Shown here one piece after another: positions 40,266-54,169 of a stretch of DNA of 64,000 bases. The position numbers and the translations under genes are program-made. Every line of letters begins with the position of its first letter. Positions within the stretch are counted from its first letter, which is position 1. The DNA is from Octopus sinensis (Eukaryota), in contig NC_043015.1 of the NCBI RefSeq assembly GCF_006345805.1, forward strand, positions 33,356,001-33,420,000. Direction: 5' to 3'. The notes beneath the pieces were generated by a model. It made no database searches. It saw nothing but the letters and a program-made list of their open reading frames with translations, and was not told the origin of the DNA.

Positions 40266-43200
40266 AATAATAATCAATATATCTAATACACTACATGCCT
40301 CTGTATATATGCTTTTTTTTTGAGTAACACTTTAGTGTTTGAAGCTGTTGAATTTGTTTCACTTTATAAAATTCGCTTTCTAAATCAGTCGACACAAGCT
40401 AGTGTTGTTTTGTTTATTTTTTGTATTTGTCTCATAATCCTTAATGAAACAATTTGAACTTTTCTGAGTTAACCAACAGCATTTCTACTTTTTGCTGCAA
40501 TATCATCTCTAATTAGTTGTAGTGTTTGTCTTTTGTATTTGAAAGTTCATTCTGCTTTCTTAATACTTGTCTATTGTTTTAGTATTCCTAAATTTTGATT
40601 ATCTTCTGCCTATTGCAACATTTATAAGAGAGTTCATCATTATTATAGCCCAAACACTTCCAAGACCAATAAAAATCCTTCTCTAAATTTCCAAACAAGG
40701 TCTCCACTTATTTGCAGGAATTCTGCTTATTTTTCGTATTTGAAGTTCATTCTGCTACCTTCATTGTCTCATAACGTTTTAATGTTCATAAATTCAGATG
40801 ATTTGTTCAGCATTGCAATAGTCCTAAGAAATTTGAATGTTATTTTAGGATGCAGTCGACTACAATATCTGTGCCTTCACCCTGAAGTGACATCATTTGG
40901 GTTGGGGTTAGGAACCTTTTGAAATTACAGACTGAAAATTCAAAAGGCTAAGGAGTGTCAGTGTGTCCTCATGTTTATACAAAAATTGTTGTTTTTCATG
41001 GACTTCTGCAGTGAATCATACCTGTATAGTATTTTGCAGGTGAAAAATATAATTTTCTTATTTTCCGCTTGTTTTGACATTTTTATTTATTTTCCCATCC
41101 TCTAATTATCAAGTTTCATTAGGTAACTTTCTCAACAATAACTCTGTCATTATTGATAGACTGGGTGCTCTAATAATAATAATAATAATAATAATAACAA
41201 TGAAGCTTAGTGTAAAGCCAGCACCAACTGTTAACAGACATTACTGCCACCTTGTTGAGAAAACCACTGTCATCACCTGTCCATAGTTACTATCACTATC
41301 TGTTATCTACCACTAACACCACATGTTAATATACATTATTGCTACATGTTACTGGGCATTATTGCCACACAACATCAACTACAAACAGACATTTTCACCA
41401 GATAACATTCACTATTTCTATGTGTTAACAGACGCTTTAATTAATCAGTTGGTTAATTAATAAACCCAACAGTAAAACTTACAGCTACAGAGACAAATAA
41501 CGACGGTAATTACTTGCTTATGTAATATGAACATCATCAGTAACAAGTAAAAGTGCCCGAACACTTGTAAGTTGCAGAAATAAATATTATCAGCAATGAT
41601 TTGCTCATAAACAATAAACATTTTCAATAATTAATCACAGAGTCAGTATTGGTCATCAACTGGTTACCGTTGGCAACCAATTGTATGCAGCAGCAAATCA
41701 TATCAAGATGCACTCATTGTTGTAAGCACCTTCAGGCATTCTGGTGAAATTTTCACTTCCAGAAGCTTCCAGGTGATTCTAGCTGGCAACAAAGAATGCT
41801 TCATAATGCGAGAGAAAATAACCTGATGGAGGAAAGTGGCCCACCTTAATTAATGTTCCCTTGACGACAATGTAAATTTTAATATTAATTTTAAAGAGAG
41901 GAATTTTGCAAGGATCATAAACAAAAGATAATTAATTGAAGATAAAGCAATAAAAAAGACATTAGAAAAATTAGAAATACCAAAACGTATTTTTAAAAAC
42001 TTTTTTGATTTTCAAAGAAACATATGTTGTTATTGGGAAAACAGTGATTCCAAATTGTCAGAATGTAAGGACGGAGATTATTCCTGATCAAAGACAGCAG
42101 TTTCTATGAAGTTGCATTCTAAATAAATTCCATAATGTAGTGTTTCGTGTAAAGCTGCATTGTGTAGTGTGGTACAGCATCTGTTGCAGTATGGGGTGGT
42201 GTTGTGACTTGTAGCACTATGATATAAAGTGATATTGTGTCCATTGCAGTATAGTGCAGTGTCTGTTGTAGTGTCTTATTGCAGTGCACAGTGTGGTGTT
42301 GGGTCTGTTGTGTGGTGTAGTAACAAATTGCAGTGTCTCTTGTAGTGCAGTGTGGTATGGCATGCTGCAGTGTCTTGCATATTATGGTGCAATGTGTTGC
42401 AGTGTAGTGTTGCTGCTGGTTGTGATATTGTGTTCTGAAAACATTAGCCAATATGTCATTCTTTTTCTCAAATACAACCAGATGTAAGAAGGTTTGGTAA
42501 TAGAGTGACTAACATCTTAAAGTACCAACATTCTTCATAACATTTTTTTATTTATGACTTTTAAAAATCTATGATCACTGATGAATCCAGGCTTGAGAGG
42601 ACTGCCTTTACCTACAAAAGTTTGATAAGGTTAAAACCTGTCCCTTGCTACCCTTAACTTTTAACACTATTTATGTTGAAATGCTCATAGACAATGAAGG
42701 ATCCTCTACATGTCTAAAATAAAAATAGCAAATTTTCCCTTAAATTGCATCTTTAAATCTTGCAAATAAATAAATAAAAAAAAGGATATATTAGATAATT
42801 TATCCTTACATACATCATGTTTGATATAAAAGAATAAAAAATTTCAGGATGGTCATGGTTGGAACATACAGCTGTGTCAGATGTCAGGGCTGATCTGGGT
42901 CTAAACAATGACCACAGCACACCACATCAGACCGATGTAGTTATAGAGGCACTATATCTAAATTAAAAAAAAGATGGAATGGTCATGGGTGGTTAGTCTA
43001 CATGACTCCATAAGAAACATAGGGCCAGTTTCCTGCTTTCTCTGGTGTATATATTCCTCCCTGGACAGAATACTGGTCCATCACAGGATATTTTTTTTTA
43101 CCAGCTGAGTGGATTGGAGCAACATGAAATGAAGTGTTTTGCTCAAGAACACCTTGCATCCCTTGGATCAAGATAAGGAGGGAGAGGTTAAAAACCCCAT

Positions 43201-44844
43201 CCAGCAGTAGTGGAAAATTGTGGTAAATGTGGTATAGTATAATGTTAGTGAGGTGCGTTGCATAATCATGACACTGCAGCTTTAGGTAATGTAGTGTTGA
43301 AGTGCGGTTAAGTGTAATGTGTGATGTTTGTGTACTGTGACACTGCAGTGAGGCGTTGGTGTGGTGCAGCTTAGTGCAGCATTGTAGGGAGGTGGTGTAT
43401 TGCTGTGTGCCAAAGTAATGGGGTGCAGAGTATTGTTCCTATCATTTTTTAGATACCCTTCAAAAATACTACATCACTATTGAGATAAACAAACTGATAA
43501 AATAAAACCCAGTTATGTGTGTGTGTGTGTGTTTGAGTGAGTAATTTAACCCGTTAGCAATTAAACCGGCCAAATCTGGCCAAAATATTCCTACCAGTTT
43601 TATGGTCAAACTGGCCAACTGTGGCCTCTCACACTTACTTTACAGCATTATTCTAGAAATAAACAATCATGTCACAAAATTCTCAAAGTCACAAGATAAT
43701 GCATAATTAATTCAAAGGAATGTGAAGAAATAAGCATTAGATTTGGCAGGGTTAAAAGAATCTGAAGTTTCAAGAGCGTGGCCGAGTTTCGCCTTCCAGC
43801 TCATCAGGCAACACAGCCTGATGAAGGGAATGGCAAATGTCAGAGTTGATTTAGTGAAGTCTCAGCTTCTATATTTTATATTATTCTACAATTCATATTT
43901 AGTATGCGATTACTAATAACATCATCATGCATTTCACATTAATCATTACACACACACATACACACACACTGTATGTGAGCACATTAGTATTGTATTATAT
44001 GCACACAATAAGGGTTCTTTGGAAAGAAATTCTACAAAATGTAAAATGAAATCTTTGAGGATAGCAGATTGTTATTGAGCACTTTTGGAAAGGAAGGAAG
44101 GAAAGAATGAACGAAGAAAAGAAGCAGAAGGTTGAGAGGGGGGGAGAGAGACAGACAGTGGGAGGGAGGACGAGATTGATGGGGGGGGAGTGTGGTATTG
44201 GAAGAAAGTGAAAGAAAGACACTGAAAGAATGAGAAGTAGAAAGAAAGGTGAAGAGAGAAAAGAGAGAGGGGAGAGGAAAAGATAAAAATCTTAAAAAAG
44301 AGTGTTGAAGTGTGTTTATGAGAGAGAGAGAGAGGGAGAGAGGCTTACAAAGGACAATGGAAAGAAAAGGAAAGCCAAAATAACAAAATAGTAAAGGAAT
44401 GTGACAGTGCAGAAGTATGTGTCCTGATTGTGTGTGTGTGTGTATATACACACACACACATGTGTGCACACACACATGGATACATATACATGCACGCACA
44501 TTTTTTGATAGTCGTATATACAACCAATAGTGAATAATCTGCTTGCAGCAGGGATTAAAGAGAAAATGGTAAGCAAAGGATGAAAAGACCAAAAGAAGCA
44601 CCAAGTTTTCCAGAAAGATGAAGAAAAAAAAATCTAAGGGAAAAAGCAAAGTCTGTACCATAACATTCTTGAATTAAATATTTTGGATAACAGATAAAAA
44701 TAGAAGAATTTAGTAAAAGAATAATTGGTTAAAGATTATTACAACTTTCTTTGTTAAATATATATTTAAAAAATGTAATTATATATTTATATACACACAC
44801 ACACACACACATATACAATTTATTTATGTATATATATATATAAA

Positions 44845-44895
<51 letters not shown>

Positions 44896-45507
44896 TATGT
44901 GTGTGTGTGTGTGTGTAAAGTTGTAAGTTTAGAATCTGGTATGAATTGTATCGGATGACACGATGCAGAGTTTAAAATCCATTTTCAATAACGGTTGTGA
45001 ATCATGGAACTAGTACATGAAACCCAACATGTGCAGCAAATTTCCAATATGAAAAAAGAAACAAAAAGAATTTAAAAGAAAATGTATGAAAAAAGTTAAG
45101 AAATTTAAAAAGTAGGAATAAAAATAATAGAAATGTTTAAAATATGATAGTAAAAGAAAAAAAGAAACATAACAAATGATACAAAAAAAAATTAGATTGA
45201 AATTTTAAATAATAATAATAATGGATGAGTTTGTCCATGTTTGCAAAGCTACATGCAGTTTATTGCACTTTTTCATTCATACTACATGCAAATCCCATCA
45301 TGCCTTGGCTGTCAATTGGTTTGGTAAAAATTCCATGATGCATTATTTTCTTTGGAAACGAGGTGAGTTGATTCTTTCCCTATGGTCCCATTTGACCCCA
45401 GATAGTAAACCACTGTAGACATAAACTTTCTCATACATAACTTACATCCTTATCGATTTTTGATAAAGGCAAAAGGCTTTCAATTATGAAGACAATGTAG
45501 TTAATAC

Positions 45508-45722
45508 TGATTTCAAATTTTGACACAAGGGCAGCAGTTTTGGGGGAGGGGGCAAGTCAATTTCATCAACCCCAGTGTTCAACTGGTACTTATTTCATTG
45601 AACCCAGAAGGATGAAAGGCAAAGTTGACCTCAGCGAAATTTTAACTCAGAATGTGAAGACAGACAAAAAAACTGCTAAGCATTTTGCCTGGTATGATAA
45701 CGATTCTGTCAGCTCACTGCCT
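45508..45722 (-). mobile_element. Full-length copy of the Nin/Deu-domain SINE
   Basis: tttcaaattttgacacaagg...aggatgaaaggcaaagttgacctc...ctgtcagctcactgcc. Confidence 0.8.
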
Positions 45723-46655
45723 CAACAATGAAGTTAATATTGGCTCCAGTTTATGGCTGGAACTTTATTTTATTAACTTCCTAGAAAGAGAAAAGTCAAC
45801 TCTGCTAGAATTTGAAATCTGAATGTAAAAGACCACATAACTAAACTGACTTCTAAGTGTATGCTGCTTGTCACTGGGTACAAATAAAAGACTGAAGTTC
45901 ACATATAATAAACTGTATAATATAAAATTAAACACATGTTTTTGCTGCATGTTTTATAAACTTCTCAGGATATGAAAATATATTTCAGATTTATAAAAAT
46001 TATAAAGTAATTAAAACTAAATGTAAGACTAGTAACCAAATAACTGGTGTCATGCCAACAAAATATTTCAACAAGAATTGTTACAACTTTGTGACATGTT
46101 TTGTGACTTTGTAGCTTCCTTTTTCAAGCAGAAAGCTAGTCATAACATAAAGAGGGAACCAACAAGCTTGTGAAGACAGGGTCACAGAGCTGATGTCCTA
46201 AATTCTTCTAAAAATATTTGAGGTTTAATTTCAATAACATTTTTTTTTCATAGAATATATTGTAAACATATTACCATGTTTTAAGTTAAATATATTCTTG
46301 ACATATTACTATTTGCTTTATAAGTCCATGTGCTTTAAGTCTATTTTTCCATACTAGCATGAGTTGGGTGAATACATTTAGCCATTGTTTTACAACTAGA
46401 TACCCTTCTGTTGCAAATCCTTACCTAGGGCTTTCATACAGGCTTGTCTACCAATTCTGCTCACAAAACATTGGTTGGTCTTAGGTTATAGAACTCAAGA
46501 CCTATAGGTAGAAAATAAATTCCATATCAACATAGCTATGGTTGCACCTACATATCAAGTTAACCCTATTGTCGACATATTGTTTTATGCTAAATTTATT
46601 GTAGATCTATTATTGTTCCATCGTAAGTAAAATACAGCTGAGACATAGTATTATA

Positions 46656-47014
46656 TCTATTATAATAAAAGTGAAATTCTGTCTGCCCATCCATCCAGGA
46701 CCCCTGTAACTCAGTCTACATTTACTCTACATAGACATATAATACCTTTTGGAATCAGGATGATCTTGGGATTGAAAATCTGCTCTTCATTTGACTCTTG
46801 AAATCCAGCATTGCGATCAGGTATGGATGAGGATTTATTATAAGCTAACAGGTGAAAATTCAGATTTTAAAAGAACTCTAAAAGCTTGTGGACTTATAAG
46901 TTTTTCCTTTAAACTGAATTTAAAGTAATACCATATTAGTAGGGCACTAAAAAATGCTTTATTGCTCTCTTTAGTTTTGGGTTGTAGGCCCAATTAGCTC
47001 CCTGCAGAAGCTAG
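46656..47014 (+). mobile_element. Possible non-autonomous Helitron
   Basis: Begins a|TCTATTATAATAAAAG and ends CTAG|t. The subterminal hairpin is poor. Confidence 0.35.
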
Positions 47015-47621
47015 TTTAAAAGTCCACATGGAGTGCAGCTTTTAATCTAGTTTTAAATATATTCAGACATTAATTCTAAATAATTACCTTTTAATTACTA
47101 AGTCGGACAAAGAAATGCAATGTTCATTATCTTTCTATTTAGGGCTGCTATAACTGGTGAGAGGAAGTTATTCATTATCTGCAGAACTGGCCTAAATGCT
47201 TTACAACAGAGTAGGGTCCCACGAAAGTTACCCAAAAACCAAGAGGTGACATTAAATTGAGCACTAATTAAATGTACCCTCCAAACACATACTATAGCAG
47301 CAAACATTGTCATTTATCTTTTGGGACATGGTAGGTTTGGGTAATTGTTACCATGGCTTATGCTCATTCATTCTTAATAAACATTGAGAAAATAACCTTT
47401 TGGTCAAGGCTCAATGAAGTTTTGATCCTTTAAAATATCATTAACATAAGTATATTGTTTAATTTGAAAGTTGGTAAAGATAAAAAGAATTAAGAAACCT
47501 GAAAGCCAGAAGCAGCTCTGGGGGGTGAGCATTCTGTATGTATCACAAAGCAGTGCACATGCAGGCTGAGACAATAGCAAACATTAAGATAACAGACATG
47601 CATATCAATAAATAATAATAA

Positions 47622-47967
47622 TGGTTTCAATTTGTGACACAAAGCTGGTAGGTTAAAAGGAGGGGGGGGAACGGTCAGTTACATTGACCTCGGTACTTGG
47701 CTGCTACTTTATTTTATCAACTCCAAAAGGATGAAAGGCAAAATCAATAACAATCAGCTTTTCTACTATAGGTGCAAGGCCTGAACTTTTATAAGGGGAA
47801 TGAGAGAGGTGATTGCATTCACCCCAGTACTCAACTGGTACTTATTTTATCAACCCCAAAACGATGGAAGGCAAAGTCAACCTCGGCAGAATTTGAACTC
47901 AGAATGTAAAGACAGAAATGCCACTAAGCATATTTTTTCTGGCATGCCAATGGTTCTGCTAGCTGCC

Positions 47968-48000
<33 letters not shown>

Positions 48001-48006
48001 GTGATG

Positions 48007-48039
<33 letters not shown>

Positions 48040-49150
48040 GCTCATTGCCAGTAATTTTAAGGAGTGGGGGTGGGGTATATCATTTATATCGACCCCAGTA
48101 TTCAACTGGTACTTATTTCATTGACTTTGAAAGGATAGAAGGCAAAGCCAGCTTCAGCAGGATTTGAACCTAGAATATGAAGAGCTAGAAGAAATACGGC
48201 AAGGCATTTCATTCTACCAGCTTGCAACTTTTATAATAATAATAATAAAAGCCTGGTGTCAAGTGCTAACACCAGTACCAACTATTAACAGACATTATTG
48301 CCAGCTTGTTGAGAAAATCATTGTCATCGCCTGTTGATAGTTACTAGCACTACCTTTTATCTATCACTAACACCATATGTTAATAAACATTATTGCCACT
48401 TGCTATTATCAACTGCTATCAACCTCCACCTCTCAAGAGAAGCAACATTATTAGCACCTGCTAACAGACACTATCACTGCTAGTCAATCACCTGACGGCA
48501 TTCAGTATTCCCATTTGTTGACAGGCACTTTAACTAACCAGCTGTCCTTATAATAATTCTACCAACCTTCAACACTAATAATAATTCCAAATGCCTGAAA
48601 TTTAGGAAAAGAAATTTGGAAGGCGTTAGTCCTTTAAATCAAACCCTAGTATTTGGCTGGTATTTTATTTTGTTGGACAGAATGATGGAAAGCAAAGATG
48701 GCCAGAGTAACATTTAAACTCAAATGACTCTGCTAATCAATTGGTGAGACAGAAATTTTGGAGACAAGGTTCAACCAGTTCATTGAACCCAGTACATCAC
48801 TGGTACTTATTTGAGTAACATTATGCAACTAGTAATTCATTAGCATCAGAACGATGAAAGTCAAAGATAACTTTGGAAGGATTTGAACTCAGAATGTCAA
48901 GCACCATAACTAAATACTCCAAGACACTTTTTTCACTCCTCTACTCATTCTGATAAACCACCACCAAAATAACAAGAACTGTAAAAGTTACATCTAATCA
49001 CTAATTTAGAGGAGTATAGTTGATTAATAACCCCAGGACAATGACTGGTACTTTATTTTACCAAATCAAAAGGATGAAAAGTACAAATGACCTCAAAGAG
49101 ATTTTAATACAAATACTGCAAAGAATTTTAGGTGCTACTCTTCTGATTCA
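47622..49150 (-). mobile_element. Cluster of about 6 full or partial copies of the same SINE, interrupted by an unclassified repeat
   Basis: The same diagnostic motifs recur at ~47630, 47760, 48050, 48600, 48760 and 49010. Confidence 0.75.
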
Positions 49151-50606
49151 ACCAAATATCCTGCTGTAATTTCATCCACCCCACTCTACCAATTCTATCA
49201 ACTGTTAGACGTTTTCCTCTCATTACTGGATCCTTATCACCAAAAAATTAATCAGGAGTCTGCTGTAGATAGAACTAGTACTGGTGGTTCTCCACAAACA
49301 CTTAACCTCGCTGTCCTTCCATCTCCCAGCAACAGACTGTCAACGCAGTGGCCAACAATGGATTGTCATGACATTCAGTCAAAACTGTCTTTGCAGCCTT
49401 ATAAGCACCCCCAAGCAAATCAATGCACTTGGCTCCTAGACTAGTGTGGCCCCTGGGCAACTGATTAGTGTGCCCATACCTTAAGACAACCCTGCATTTA
49501 GACTCAACCAGCAACTTCAGTAGTCTTAATATCAAAACAGTTTTACTGCTTCTACTCAAGTGTTTGTTTCCAAAGTCAAGATCTTAACATCTTACACCAA
49601 TTTCTCCCACTCATTCCATAATAAGTTCTCTCATAAAGTTGCAATTTCAACCAGCTCTTCCTATTTCAAGAAGACATCTCACCTCCCTTAAAGTGGTCGC
49701 TGTGGTCAACACCCTTCCTACTAAACTATGAACACTGAAAAACCAGTTCAATAGAATGTTTTAATAAATTATGGTAAAATCTCTGCAACAACATTGAACG
49801 GTTGACTGTATTCATATTTGCAGTAAAATAAGAAAAATAAAAAGTCAGAGTCAGTAAGTCAGAAATACAATTAAGGTATGGCTTAGAAAGGAATTTCGTT
49901 TAGTCAGTGAATGTTAAACTGGAAAAACTAGTTTCTCTCTCCCACTCCATCTATCCACACACACAGCCTTTAAATCTAAGGGAGGTAACTGGAAAACAGG
50001 AAGTTATTGAGGAGAGCCGACTATTGTCAGGGAGAGTCTGTTGTTATAAGGGAAGGAGAGCACTGAACTAAAATAGACTCACTTGATGTATGAGAGATAT
50101 TTAGATAGGTCTAAAGAATAAGCAATTGTCTAAATAATGCACTATTTATGTAGGTCTGAGATAGGCCAGAAATATAGGGTCAGTGACATCGAGTAAATGG
50201 CTTAGGAGCCTCGCTGGAAGGAGTAAGGGAGGTGATGTGAGCAGAAGGATGTCTGGCAGGGGCTGCTTTCAATTTGGAGCTGTTGCTTGGGATGGACGCA
50301 GTGGCCGCATCAGTCCATGAAATTTGTTGTTTAGTCCTGGCCAGAAGTTAGGTGGCTAAGGCTCCTAAGGATTGTTTTGTAAAGGGGGAAATGTAGTCTG
50401 AAAAGAAATTATCCATAAGGGAGAGGATTAGGTTTTTATCACAGTTCCCCCAGTTTCATGTGCATCAGGTTGATTTCTACAAGGCAAGAACTATTTCCCC
50501 CCTTCTTTCATCAAAATAGTCCTTGACACAGAAATTGTTGAAGAAAATAATAAACTATATAAGAAACAAATTTGGATTACATTAATTCATAGGCATATGA
50601 ATACAT

Positions 50607-50648
<42 letters not shown>

Positions 50649-51410
50649 ATGTGGGTGTATGTCAGTGTGTCATACTGCTACATGGAAAGTTTTAAATATA
50701 AACACAGAACATCATACATAGAGAGAAAAGAGAACATTGTGTTGTAAACTAATTTATCTTTCAGATGTCAGTTCTTTACATAATCACAGACTGTATCCAA
50801 CACACACACACACACACACACTGCTATATTAAAAACACTATTATCTGTGTCAAAGTGACCATTCCAACATCAACTACAATGGCTCTGTATGAAACCTCCC
50901 TTTGGAATTATGCAACATGTCAAACCAATGTTCAACACACCGTCACATGTGGCGTTGGACGCATGTTGAACCCCACCCACTTTCCTTTGCCAGAACAAGC
51001 TCCCCAACTGCTTGTGTATCCAAGTACCCATTCCACCCTTCCTCATTGTCCAGTACATTCCCATCAAAAACCAATATCCAGCATACACCCCCTCCCCCAG
51101 CATCCTGGACACACTCCCTCATCTCACCCTCCTCCTCTACCAGTGTCCAGGACATACTTCCCCCATCTCACCCTCCTCCTCCAACGTTCAGGTCAGGCCA
51201 TCCCCATCCACCCACCAACCCATCCTCCTCCTCCCAGGACAAACTCTTCTTCCTCATCTTCCTTCACCAGGGTCCACAATGTATTCCACACGGCCCTTTG
51301 CTTCGTTTGTGTCCAGGACACACACACTCTCCTCCCACTCCACCCTTACACAGTCCAGTGGACAACAACAACAACAACAAATTGAAATGAGTTAAAAAAA
51401 TTGAACTTAC

Positions 51411-51537
51411 GGAGAGTCAGGATCTGTCAGTGGACGTGGAGTAGTTGGTCGTTGGAATGTCGAGGTATTGTGGGGAAGGGTCGTGGTGGTGGTGGTTGCT
51501 GCAGTAATTGAGGTGTCTTGTACATCTTCTGATCTCA
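51411..51537 (-). CDS. dlg1: Discs large exon, PDZ2-PDZ3 linker (MRSEDVQDTSITAATTTTTTLPHNTSTFQRPTTPRPLTDPDSP)
   Basis: Acceptor ctttgttgtttcag|TG and donor CC|gtaagt. The 127 nt are open in the phase-1 frame left by the previous exon and end in phase 2. The sequence is Thr/Pro-rich like a linker, with no domain homology. Confidence 0.75.
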
Positions 51538-51635
51538 CTGAAACAACAAAGACACACACACAGTCTTAGCAAAAACACAAAAAGACACACACACAATCTT
51601 AGCAGATAAACAGAAATTCTTGCTTGATCACTCTT

Positions 51636-51683
<48 letters not shown>

Positions 51684-51799
51684 ATCATTTGTTGAAGTAT
51701 ACAGAAGGATATACATGATACAGTAAATGTAAACAAAGACGCCATGGTCACACTTGACATATTTACAACAGGAGTAATTACTTTTAACCTAATCTTTTA

Positions 51800-51998
51800 T
51801 TTTTTATTTGTTTCAGTTATTAGACTGCGACCATGCTGGGGCACTGCCTTCAAGAATCTTTAGTCAAATGCATCGACACCAGTACTTATTCTATCAGTCT
51901 CTTTCACTGAACCACTAAGTTACAGGGATGTAAACACACCAGGCACTGGTTGTCAAGTGGTGGTTGGTGATGAAGAGGGGAAAGATGCATAGATACAG

Positions 51999-52052
<54 letters not shown>

Positions 52053-52240
52053 CACACACACACGATAATGATGATATACACACAAATATATACAAGTTTC
52101 TTTGAGTTTCTGTCTATCAAATCACAAGGGTTTGGTCAGCCCAAGGCTTTAGTAGAAGACACTTGCCCAAGATACCATACATTGAGACTGAACCCCAAAC
52201 TCTGTGGTTGGGAAGCAAGCTTCTTACCACACTGCCACAC
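51800..52240 (-). mobile_element. CORE-like SINE copy with internal microsatellite
   Basis: Collinear with 18825-19200. Confidence 0.75.
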
Positions 52241-52799
52241 CTACAGCTATACACACATATACACATATCTGGTACATGTGTAGAGAAAAGCCTATGTATG
52301 TGAAAGAAAGAGTGTGCATGAAAACATGTAAGCACAGGTATTTCTAGGAAAACATTCATGAAAAGTTCTGTGAGGACAGGGGAGGAATGGGACATACAGG
52401 CTTGACCAGCTGGAACTATGTAACAGCAAACCTGTACTAAGATGGTTTAGGATACTGACCATTTCTTTTCCAAACTAAAGTGATGGTTAAATTCAGCAGT
52501 GCTTCAAGTGGCAGTAACCCTTTCAGTGTGTACAACTGCTCACCTGTTTGTTGGGAAGGACCTAGAAAAGGTGAAATAAGCACAGGCCCATTGCCAGACT
52601 TTGGTGCCAGGGCAGGGTTTGCTTCAGAATATTCTGGGAGGACACTTATTTTTAATAATGCTAAAGTGGAGTTAATCTGAAGCTGCACCATTGAACAACG
52701 AGGGGGTAGTGCCGTTCAGTGCACCACCATAGTGATAGGGCAGGCATATACTCACAATGACACAATAGCGTTTTTACATACAGTGTATGCTTCAGTGTC

Positions 52800-53460
52800 A
52801 TGTTACACACATATTATATGCGACCAAAGAAAAGAAAGATTAGTTTGTTTTTGTTGAAAGTTGAATGGAATAGGATACAAAGAACTTCTGACAAAGCAAA
52901 CAGGGCGAACATGTGGTATAAAACCGACAAATATCAAGGAGTGATGTTTGTAAGAGGTCACAGCCCATGGAGAAGTAGCCTGTAGATTTAGAAAAGCTCT
53001 GAAGGAGACTAACATCAACATTAAAATTGTTGAAAAGTCAGGGAACTCCGTCAGATCACAACTATGTAGGATGTACCCCTTTGAAAATACCATATGCACC
53101 AATGATAACTGCATGGTATGTAGAATTAGCCCTGGCATTAACTGTAGAACTCGAAATGTAGTTTACAGCATAATTTGCATATAAGGTGCTTGTAAGGACA
53201 TGAGCATGATGTACATAGGGGAGACATCTAGGAGCATTGTGGAACGGATAAATGAACATCTAAGACAATATGACGACAGAAAACAGTCCTCCATACTCTA
53301 CCAACATGCCAAAGACCACCATGGAGGTAACTTGGGTCAACTTGACATCCGCATCTTATCCAAGCACCCAAAAGACCCAACACTCAGACAAATACAGGAG
53401 TATGTCCTTATAACTGAAACCTCCCCAATACTAAATAGGAACTATACACAATAAATATCA
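52800..53460 (+). mobile_element. Penelope-like element GIY-YIG endonuclease fragment
   Basis: CRTRNVVYSIIC...YIGETSRSIVERINEH...LYQHAKDHH...RQIQE. Confidence 0.85.
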
Positions 53461-54046
53461 TACCTCCATACCCACAGTTTACACAGGTAGAGTAGAATAG
53501 TTAGTGGACCGTTAGGTAGATAGATGTATGTGTGTGTGAGTGTGTGTGTATGCACATGCATTTTTGTTTTGTATGTAAGCATATGGATATGAAAATAAAC
53601 AGATCAACATAGAGACGGATAGGTAGATAGGTTATGAGGACAGACATCCACACATATAGAGATGCACATCCATACATACAAACATGGTACATAGTTGCAT
53701 AACACACACACACACCACACACACAAGGAGACAGAGGTGCATACATATACAAACACACGCTCACACACACACACACATACATACATACATAGAAAATACA
53801 CAAACACGGACATGCACGCACATGAATATGCAGGATACATACATACTGATGCACACACCTACATACATATATATATATGCATACACACACATATATACAT
53901 ACATAGACATGCATACATACATACATACACACATACATACATATGTATATGCATGCATAGGCACACACACACACACGCACACTGACCCACACACATGCGC
54001 ACAAACAAACAAAAAGGAATGCAGTGTAAATAACGGACAGAGTCTG

Positions 54047-54168
54047 GACTATTGAAAAGATTGCGAAAATTTTAAGAAAATGAAAATAAGAAATAAGTGG
54101 AAATTTTACCGGTGAGTGTGTTACATTATAAGGCACAAAAAGAAAATCACTCTCCCCAGACACAACAG
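54047..54168. mobile_element. Single arm of the 60369-60627 fold-back family
   Basis: Closely similar to 60513-60627 (aagtggaaattttacc.gtgagtgtgttacattat...ccccagacacaacag). Confidence 0.85.
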
Positions 54169-54169
54169 T

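Noticed and set aside
49302-49559. Faint RNase H-like peptide
   Set aside because: Similarity too weak to call without a search.
50765-51395. Long overlapping plus-strand ORFs (206, 162 and 127 aa)
   Set aside because: C-rich low-complexity sequence with internal repeats; no domain or splice support.
1-51410. Expected PDZ3, SH3 and GK exons of dlg1
   Set aside because: No GLGFNIVGG, HEQAAAAL, WWQA or GK motifs were found by eye, so they presumably lie beyond the left edge. A very short exon could have been missed.
53501-54163. 220-aa minus ORF and other long Y/I/C/V/H/T-rich ORFs (12013, 17739-18067, 44032)
   Set aside because: Translations of CA/TA/GA microsatellites.
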